Of a stretch of 64,000 nucleotides of DNA, positions 58,319-64,000 are shown one piece after another. The DNA lies in assembly GCA_023898585.1 (NCBI GenBank), contig CP060229.1, positions 594,149-658,148 on the forward strand, in the 5' to 3' direction. The stretch is from Candidatus Nomurabacteria bacterium (lineage in GTDB: Bacteria > Patescibacteriota > Minisyncoccia > Phycocordibacterales > UBA918). The position numbers were made by a program, and so were the translations under genes. Numbering within the stretch: position 1 is the stretch's first letter; each line of letters opens with the position of its first letter. Under the pieces are notes generated by a model. It saw only the letters and a list, made by a program, of their open reading frames with translations. It was not told where the DNA came from and did not search any database.

Positions 58319-58768
58319 CTAAATCTTCCCTGCAATTTTTGTCACTATTTTTTCAAACTTTTCCCTATCCTCCCGATTGGGGGTCTTACCTACACACTTG
58401 AACTCTTTGAAACAGACTTTTTTCAAAACCCCGTTTCCTGCCTCTGCGTAGTAGGTTGCCAGTAATTCGCTCAGCCTTATTCCTTCGCCTTCAGGTGTCA
58501 TTCTGTGCATCACCCACAGCTCGTTTTTCGAAACGAGAGTGAAAAATTTTTCATTACCATCTCTGACAATCAATGGTTTTGGAACACCATTGTATTCGTG
58601 ACTTATTGCCACCGCCTGTATTGTCTTTAAGCTAGCGAGTATTTTTTCGTCACTTTGAACACTGCTGGCACCAAAGATGACAATGACTGACAAAAAAAGA
58701 ACTGTTACTTTACATCTGCATCTGCAATTAAACACAACACTCTCCCCGAAACTGACATGTTGAACCAA
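58319..58768 (-). CDS. Small secreted hypothetical protein
   Basis: Hydrophobic N-terminus. No known domain. Start codon uncertain. Confidence 0.35.
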   Translation of the reverse strand: MVQHVSFGESVVFNCRCRCKVTVLFLSVIVIFGASSVQSDEKILASLKTIQAVAISHEYNGVPKPLIVRDGNEKFFTLVSKNELWVMHRMTPEGEGIRLSELLATYYAEAGNGVLKKVCFKEFKCVGKTPNREDREKFEKIVTKIAGKI

Positions 58769-58924
58769 AAAGCCCAGCCGGTATATTACATCTTTATTGT
58801 TAACAAAGTCAAATTTTTATCTAAGAAACTGCAATATTTTTTCTTCCCTAAGGCTGGTTAGAGAGACTGGAAAGGTAAACCAAGTCCTCGCTTTCGTTGC
58901 TCATTTTGCTTATACTACACAATC

Positions 58925-60679
58925 ATGAGTGATACTGTGAGACAAATTAAGGACAGATTAAATATCATAGATATTGTTGCTCCTTACGTTGAACTACATA
59001 AAGCCGGTAAGAACTTTAAAGGCAAGTCGCCTTTTTCGGCCGAGAAGACCCCTTCTTTTTATGTGTCGCCGGACAGGGGAATGTATTACTGCTTTTCAAC
59101 TTCACAGGGAGGAGATATTTTCAACTTCATAGAAGCGATGGAAGGAGTTGATTTTAAGGGCGCGCTAAAAATATTGGCCGAAAAAGCCGGAGTCGAACTG
59201 GTAGCGGAAGATCCAAAGAAAAGAAGCGAGCGGGATAAAATGTATTCTTTACTTGAGGCGACGACTATTTTTTACTCTGAGTATTTGGAAAAGGACAGAG
59301 AGGCCGTTTCTTACCTGGAACAACGCGGGGTTAACAAGGAGACAATTTTAAAATGGAGAATCGGTTATGCACCCGGTCCACCAAATCACGGTTGGAGAGA
59401 GACAAAAGAACACCTGAATAAACTTGGGTATGTTAACGATGAAATCTTAAAAGCCGGTTTAATTAAAACAACCGATGTCGGTAAAGACCCTTTTGATGTC
59501 TTTCGCGATCGGATAGTTTTTCCGATGGCTGAACCTAGTGGTCAAACTGTTGCTTTTTCGGGAAGGATACTGCATCCGGACGATAAATCTCCCAAGTATG
59601 TCAATTCACCTGAGACTTTGTTGTACAAGAAATCCGAGTTGCTCTATGGCTACGATAAGGCTAAGACAGGAATCAGGAACTTGGACTTTTCTCTGATTGT
59701 TGAAGGACAGTTCGATGTTGTCATGTGCCATCAAGCCGGTTACCACAATACCGTGGCTGTCTCCGGCACGGCTCTGACTCTTCACCACGTGCAGTTGCTT
59801 GAGCGTTTATCTGATAAAGTAGTACTTGCTCTTGATGCCGATCGAGCCGGGATCAACGCCATGAAGAAAGGAGCGACTTTGTTACTTGGTCGTGGACTGG
59901 ATGTAAAAATAGCGGAATTGCCGATTGGAATGGACCCGGCTGATTTGATCAAGATAAATAAATCCGACTTCAGACGCGTAGTTGGGAAATCGGTGCATGT
60001 GATAGAATTCTTACTCCATGTAATAAGAAGAGAAATTGATGACGATCGTTCTTTTAAGTTAAAGGTTAGGGAAGAAGTGTTGCCATTTGTCTTGTTGTTA
60101 CCAAGTCGAATTGATCAAGAGCATTTTGTGTCTAGGGTTGCAAAATTCATTAATTCAACCACTGAAGCGGTGCGTTATGAACTCGATCATTTGCGGGAAA
60201 AAAGTGCCATCGAGAAGTCGCAAGGGCACGCTGAACAAGAGTCAACAATTCATGCTAACAAAACAACAAAAGAAGTTAATGGAGAAGATATAGTTTCTCG
60301 ACTTTTGTTGTTTTTGTCAGCCTCCGCCTTGGTGGTGGAAGATGAATTATGTAAAAAAATAAACGGTGAGCTAAAAAATGTTAGTGAAATCTCGGAACTG
60401 AAAAAACCTTCTGATTCAGAACTGGCGGGGACTGTCTTTACTTTGGAACAACAGTTTGCCGAACTACCCAAACAAGCGATCTTAAGTGAAATAACAGCAA
60501 AACTCAATCAATTAAAAACAAATTTGATAAGAACACGTTTGGCAGAATATCGTGGCATATTGGCGGACCCGGAAAATAGCCAAGACGAAAAAAGATTTAC
60601 CGAGGCGCTTAAATCCATCAGTAATTACGAAGAAATGCTTCGTGAACCGGCTTACTCCCCGGAAACGTTCCTCGACTGA
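58925..60679 (+). CDS. dnaG: DNA primase
   Basis: Zinc-binding domain (CFSTSQGGDIFNF) and TOPRIM (EGQFDVV...LALDADRAG). Confidence 0.9.
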   Translation: MSDTVRQIKDRLNIIDIVAPYVELHKAGKNFKGKSPFSAEKTPSFYVSPDRGMYYCFSTSQGGDIFNFIEAMEGVDFKGALKILAEKAGVELVAEDPKKRSERDKMYSLLEATTIFYSEYLEKDREAVSYLEQRGVNKETILKWRIGYAPGPPNHGWRETKEHLNKLGYVNDEILKAGLIKTTDVGKDPFDVFRDRIVFPMAEPSGQTVAFSGRILHPDDKSPKYVNSPETLLYKKSELLYGYDKAKTGIRNLDFSLIVEGQFDVVMCHQAGYHNTVAVSGTALTLHHVQLLERLSDKVVLALDADRAGINAMKKGATLLLGRGLDVKIAELPIGMDPADLIKINKSDFRRVVGKSVHVIEFLLHVIRREIDDDRSFKLKVREEVLPFVLLLPSRIDQEHFVSRVAKFINSTTEAVRYELDHLREKSAIEKSQGHAEQESTIHANKTTKEVNGEDIVSRLLLFLSASALVVEDELCKKINGELKNVSEISELKKPSDSELAGTVFTLEQQFAELPKQAILSEITAKLNQLKTNLIRTRLAEYRGILADPENSQDEKRFTEALKSISNYEEMLREPAYSPETFLD

Positions 60680-60745
60680 CCCTGCCGTATTTGCAAAAGT
60701 GTGGCACTAGACATTTTGGGTTTTTTCTGTATAGTGGTGGACGTT

Positions 60746-62131
60746 ATGCCTATAAAAAAGGCCACAAAGAAAGTTGTAAAAAAAGCGGTTAAAAAACCCG
60801 TGAAAAAAATTAAAAAGACGACCCTCAAAAAAGCTTCCACCAAAGCATCGGTCGCTAAAAAAAAGACAGTGAAGAAAAAGATTGTAGCGAAGAAAGCGGT
60901 AAAGAAGAAAGTCAAGAAATCAGTTAAAAAGACCGCCACCAAGGTGGTTGCTTCGTCTGCCAGAAAAGCTAAAAAAGTGACGGCCAAGAAAGTTACTCCA
61001 AAGAAAACCGTTTCAAAAAAGGACTCTGGTAAAGATACTCCACGCAAACTAACTAAAAGTGAAAAAGTCTTGGAGGCAAAATCGGCCGAGTTAATGAAGC
61101 TCGGAAAGGAGCGTGGTTACGTAACTTATGATGAACTCTTGAGATCTTTTCCTGAAATCGAGAGAGATGTGGATTTTCTAGATTTGATGTACGAACGTTT
61201 TTCTGTTGCTGGTATTGACGTGCTTCAAAGTGGTGGAATGTTGGGTGATGATCCCAGTGTTGAAATCATTGCCCAGAAAAATGCTTTTAAACGCAGTGAT
61301 AGCGGGTATGACTCAATCCAAATGTATTTGCGGGAAATCGGACAGTACCCGTTGTTGAACGCGCACGAAGAACGAGTGCTCGCAAAGCGAATCGTTGAAG
61401 GTGATGACGAAGCTCGTAATTTGTTAGCGAGAGCCAACCTTCGTCTTGTTGTCTCTATTGCCAAGAAGTATGTTGGAAGATCTCCGGATCTCACTTTACT
61501 TGACTTGATTCAGGAGGGAAACCTCGGTCTTTTTAAAGCCGTAGACAAATTTGATTTTACCAAAGGTTTTAAATTTTCAACCTATGCCACTTGGTGGATA
61601 AGACAGGCCATCACGCGAGCATTGGCAGATCAATCACGCACCATTCGTATTCCCGTTCACATGGTGGAGACGATGGCAAAGTATAAACAAGTCTCACGAC
61701 GTTTATCTCAAGACTTGGGAAGAGACCCGATGCCTGAAGAAATCGCCACTGAGATGAATGTTGAAGTCGAGAAAATTTACCAAATCGAAAAGATCAGTCA
61801 GGACACCATCTCTTTGGAGCTTCCGGTTGGAGACGATGATGATCGTTCTCGTTTATCCGATTTCATTTCGGATGACAAAATTACGTCGCCGGACCAAGAA
61901 GTATCTCACAGTATCCTGACCGACCAAATCACTGAAATACTCGATACACTTTCCGAGAAAGAAAGAAAAATTTTGGAAATGCGCCATGGCTTGATCGACG
62001 GTACGTACCACACTCTTGAAGAGGTAGGTAAGGAATTCGGGGTAACTCGTGAGCGTATCCGTCAGATTGAAGCTAAGGCGCTCGAAAAGATAAGACAACA
62101 CGAAAAAGCACGTAGATTGAAATCGTATTAA
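60746..62131 (+). CDS. rpoD: RNA polymerase sigma-70 family primary-like sigma factor with Lys-rich N-terminus
   Basis: Regions 1.2 through 4: [42 protein letters not shown], and C-terminal [23 protein letters not shown]. Confidence 0.9.
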   Translation: MPIKKATKKVVKKAVKKPVKKIKKTTLKKASTKASVAKKKTVKKKIVAKKAVKKKVKKSVKKTATKVVASSARKAKKVTAKKVTPKKTVSKKDSGKDTPRKLTKSEKVLEAKSAELMKLGKERGYVTYDELLRSFPEIERDVDFLDLMYERFSVAGIDVLQSGGMLGDDPSVEIIAQKNAFKRSDSGYDSIQMYLREIGQYPLLNAHEERVLAKRIVEGDDEARNLLARANLRLVVSIAKKYVGRSPDLTLLDLIQEGNLGLFKAVDKFDFTKGFKFSTYATWWIRQAITRALADQSRTIRIPVHMVETMAKYKQVSRRLSQDLGRDPMPEEIATEMNVEVEKIYQIEKISQDTISLELPVGDDDDRSRLSDFISDDKITSPDQEVSHSILTDQITEILDTLSEKERKILEMRHGLIDGTYHTLEEVGKEFGVTRERIRQIEAKALEKIRQHEKARRLKSY

Positions 62132-62132
62132 A

Positions 62133-62633
62133 CTAATTAAAAAAGTACGAAAACAAATTTTCTCCCTGAATAATAATAAACAACCAGAACAGGATCCAAC
62201 AAAGAGCAATTATTGATTCGTACAAAATGAACCGTCTAAAACTTATTGCCAGACTGCCGAGCAATAATGCATATAAAGGACGAAAGAAGGTAATAAAACG
62301 GCTGACCGCCATAAATATAAATAATCCTTTTTTATTTAAATACCCTCGCGCTTTTTCGACTTTGGGGTGTCTGAGTCTTTGCGATACGACGGGTGTCTTT
62401 CCAAACAGTCTTCCGGCCCAGTAGTTTGTAACATTGCCTAAAATGGTTCCGGAGTATGAGGAGACAATTATCATCTCAATACTAATCATGCCTGTCGCGT
62501 GCATTAGTGCCACCGAACTCATCATGGCTACTCCATAGAAAATAAAACCGGTAACAAAAAACACGTCGAGAGCTGAGGCTATAAATACAACCACTGGTGC
62601 AAAAGGGGATAGGCTATAGATTGTTTCTAACAC
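62133..62633 (-). CDS. DedA/SNARE-associated-like membrane protein
   Basis: Multi-TM protein. G..LFGK.P and RFITFFRPLYALLLG are reminiscent of the DedA family. Confidence 0.5.
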   Translation of the reverse strand: MLETIYSLSPFAPVVVFIASALDVFFVTGFIFYGVAMMSSVALMHATGMISIEMIIVSSYSGTILGNVTNYWAGRLFGKTPVVSQRLRHPKVEKARGYLNKKGLFIFMAVSRFITFFRPLYALLLGSLAISFRRFILYESIIALCWILFWLFIIIQGENLFSYFFN

Positions 62634-62645
62634 AAGCGATCAAGG

Positions 62646-63093
62646 TCAACTCGCTTCCATGAATTTGGCCAGAATCTGTTTTAGTCCTTGTCTAGAAATT
62701 ATTCCTATCGGCCTGTTATCAGTATCGACAACTGGAATTCTAGCTCTTTCGTAAGTAATGGCCGTTGCGATGATCGTTATTAAATTGTCATTCAAAGTGA
62801 GCGCAGAATAATCTCTCGACATGATTTCAGATACCGGCAATTCTTTCGCTACTTCTATGGACGCGATAAAAGAATCGTCATTATTGAAGTGACCTATAAC
62901 TTCACTACCGTCAAGCGTGTCTGGCACTACCGCATTGAGCAAATCCGCAACTGTTACTTCTCCGACCAACTCACCATTATCGTTGGTTACTAAGAGTGTG
63001 TTTGTGTGCTCGGTCATTAAAGACTTAAGAGCCGAAGCAAAAGTTTTCGTCTCTGGTATAATCACCGCCGGTTTTACAATGTCTTTGACTTTC
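62646..63093 (-). CDS. CBS-domain pair protein
   Basis: Two CBS motifs (VLVTNDNGELVGEVTVADL; IPVVDTDNRPIGIISRQGL). Confidence 0.75.
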
Positions 63094-63556
63094 ATATAAA
63101 ACAATCATACACCTAACTGTAGAAGGTGTACATCTGAAAGTTTCTCCAAATTCCATCTTTACCCCGCATGCTTGCATCGGGGAAGACTCCCTATACACTA
63201 GGCAGTAATGTCTGGTACGCTATCCCATCTCAAAAAACCACACAATAAGTCGTTATTTATCTTTTCCGAAGGGTAACCCTTCGGAACTTCGTAAATTCCT
63301 AAAGCTATCTTTGCTGAACATAAAGAGGTGAGAGGTGAAGACAAAGTTATGGGGCGGTAATTTCTGAACACAAGGTTATTATACCAATATCGTCGGCAAC
63401 GCTAACATGTCCATTTTTACCAACTACGTTAAAAACCAAGGGCTACCTCAGTATCAGTAGCTACGTACCGCACTACAACAAACGTCACTTTTTACCACCT
63501 AACCCAACGCCGATATCCCGTATGCTCTGCATCGGGATAGTACATTTGGAATACCC

Positions 63557-63994
63557 TTAGTTTTTTGAAGTCTCCTCTTTTAAAGTGATGTAAAGTTTTT
63601 GGGTTATGAGTTCTTTGTGGAAAATGTTATTCAAGACTTTTTCTTCAATAGTATGAACACCATGGCCGGCCAAAGACTCAGCCAATACCTTTGCAACCTC
63701 GGGGTTTTGTGATTTTAGATTTTCAAATTTCAAGGAAGAATTCTCTTTAAAGGAGGTATAAAGATTGTTAACGTGATCAACCGCTTCCCTTGTGAAAATC
63801 GTTGATGAGGCCTGGTTCAATATGCTGAGTTCTTTTAAGACCTTGCGAGAAATAATCGCTTGCGCGCGGTAATACATGTATCGTTCCGCGAAAGATTGTT
63901 TGTCACCACATCGTCCCACCAATTTTTTTATCGTACGGAAGAAAATCTCGAACACATCTCTCCCGTCGTCATGAATAGTAACATCGGGTTTCAA
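63557..63994 (-). CDS. Hypothetical protein (145 aa)
   Basis: ORF with start inside the window. No domain recognised. Confidence 0.35.
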   Translation of the reverse strand: MKPDVTIHDDGRDVFEIFFRTIKKLVGRCGDKQSFAERYMYYRAQAIISRKVLKELSILNQASSTIFTREAVDHVNNLYTSFKENSSLKFENLKSQNPEVAKVLAESLAGHGVHTIEEKVLNNIFHKELITQKLYITLKEETSKN

Positions 63995-64000
63995 GTCACC

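Noticed and set aside
58769-58924. Expected rpsU (bS21) upstream of dnaG as in the classical rpsU-dnaG-rpoD operon
   Set aside because: No basic small ORF is present in this interval on either strand. It is apparently absent or located elsewhere.
1-64000. Alternative genetic code (UGA recoding as in Gracilibacteria/Absconditabacteria) suggested by the presence of RF1 and a CPR-like gene set
   Set aside because: TGA clearly functions as a stop codon (rpiB ends ...ATGA overlapping the rpe start; several other ORFs end in TGA). Long conserved genes are intact under the standard code.
1-64000. CRISPR array or cas genes
   Set aside because: No run of regularly spaced direct repeats with unique spacers. 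The only tandem repeats are two-copy palindromes at 43550-43613 and 43677-43711.

Overview
This 64 kb window is dense, mostly housekeeping chromosome from a small-genome bacterium. It uses the standard genetic code: TGA ends rpiB and the ATGA overlap with rpe confirms it, so UGA recoding is excluded. GC content is roughly low-to-mid 40 percent by eye. Short aaRS versions, a split transketolase, many type IV pilin genes and a sortase give it a CPR/Patescibacteria-like flavour; that is inference.

Gene content in order:
- gap (5' partial), rpiB, rpe and split tkt as a pentose-phosphate cluster, plus a PfkB kinase.
- bL25, an MltB-like lytic transglycosylase with a coiled-coil N-terminus, type-B bL31 and prfA (PAT motif and GGQ).
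- rpsB-tsf, tRNA-Thr(UGU), and a processive GT2 synthase (QxxRW) followed by a membrane PEGA protein.
- pheS/pheT (short), then a roughly 300-nt ORF-free structured segment ending in a bidirectional terminator.
- gyrB, a surface-protein module (membrane-anchored protein, sortase, 1316-aa DUF11-repeat protein with a VPYTG sorting-like signal).
- thrS with a clear T-box leader, dnaE, rnhB, two small Cys-rich ORFs, bL32, a NusB-Nudix fusion and rnc.
- Five tandem prepilin genes in an A-B-A-B-A pattern, a short SMC-family ATPase and a PEP-CTERM-like secreted protein.
- rnr, then rpsP and a KH protein. Before trmD sits an apparent insertion: a YerC/TrpR-like HTH gene flanked by four perfect 14-bp palindromes, a NADAR/YbiA gene and an Orn-like DEDDh exonuclease.
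- A YceI protein, rpoB-rpoC, MgtC, dnaG-rpoD, a DedA-like protein and a CBS-pair protein.

No CRISPR array, rRNA, transposase or integrase was seen. A palindrome CGAAGGGTWACCCTTCG recurs four times in intergenic DNA. Several strong promoters and intrinsic terminators are readable by eye.

Findings in descending interest: the surface-protein module, the rpsP-trmD insertion with its palindromic operators, and the NusB-Nudix fusion. Next come the pilin array with the PEP-CTERM-like protein, the T-box, the unclassified ncRNA candidates and the dispersed palindromic repeats.
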